From assembly GCA_964234715.1 (NCBI GenBank), contig OZ174281.1: a stretch of 64,000 bases of DNA, one strand, 5' to 3'. Every line of letters starts with the position of its first letter. Position 1 is the first letter of the stretch. Shown one piece after another: positions 63,430 through 64,000 of the stretch. The DNA comes from Podarcis melisellensis (Eukaryota). The position numbers and the translations under genes are program-made. The notes below the pieces were generated by a model, which did no database searches, had not been told where the DNA came from, and saw nothing but the letters and a program-made list of their open reading frames with translations.

Positions 63430-63467
63430 TGTGTGTGTGTGTGTGTGTATACACACACACACACACA
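63430..63467. repeat. (TG)n-TATA-(CA)n self-complementary microsatellite
   Basis: tgtgtgtgtgtgtgtgtgtatacacacacacacacaca. Confidence 0.85.
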
Positions 63468-64000
63468 TACACACAAAACGTAGTCATTTCCTCTGCCTTC
63501 CCCAACACACGCACACAGTGGATCAGGCCCACAGGCGGAGGCAGGATGTGTCATAGTAAATTTTACAGGCAGCTCTCTTGTTCCATCATGATGCTGTGTG
63601 TGTGCAAAAAAGCCACGGTCCATAGTGTGATACCCAATTTATTAGTACTGGAATAATTGCAGTCCTGTATATAGTTTCATGGGAGTAAGCTCCATGGAGC
63701 TAAGTGGTGCTGATTGCATAGTTTAGACTTGTAAACCTTACTGAGCTTTAACAAGAGTTTTTTCAAGCCATGCAACTTTTTGCCTTTAATTAGAAACACA
63801 CACAATCCTACAAAGAAGCGTTGTCATTTAAACTGCTGGCATGAAGTGGGAGCTCTGTCAAAGGAAAAGTAAGAATTAATACTTGCAGTATTATCTACGT
63901 ATTCAACATTTTGGGATATTCTGTCCTCAATGCTTTATAACACCCACTTTGGCTACAGCATCCTTTTATTCACTTCAGAGCAGCTGAAGAAGGAAGAAGC

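Noticed and set aside
63780-64000. Possible RAD54B exon 11
   Set aside because: Acceptors at ~63793 and 63978 meet phase-0 stops, and the candidate at 63983 has too little sequence to verify; exon 11 probably lies beyond the window.

Overview
Eukaryotic genomic DNA from a squamate reptile, probably a lacertid-type lizard. This is inferred from Sauria SINEs, BovB/RTE and squamate MITEs; there are three N gaps. Four spliced genes can be assembled by hand with GT-AG junctions and consistent codon phase. (1) The last 17 coding exons of VIRMA/KIAA1429, a subunit of the m6A writer complex (+, 468-19991). (2) A complete 5-coding-exon, 278-aa RING / TRAF-type zinc finger / coiled-coil E3 ligase gene of the RNF41(NRDP1)/RNF151 family (-, 26871-21507). 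It is tail-to-tail with VIRMA and head-to-head with RAD54B across a CpG island. (3) RAD54B exons 1-10 (+, ~32060-62082), continuing past the window. (4) FSBP (299 aa, Myb/SANT-like), nested on the same strand in RAD54B intron 3. The most unusual structure is a 954-bp Tc2/pogo-type non-autonomous transposon in RAD54B intron 5. Its interior is a 99-bp tandem array in which each unit is built from two near-perfect 40-44-bp palindromes. There is also a nested BovB-in-MITE insertion whose empty allele is visible elsewhere in the window.
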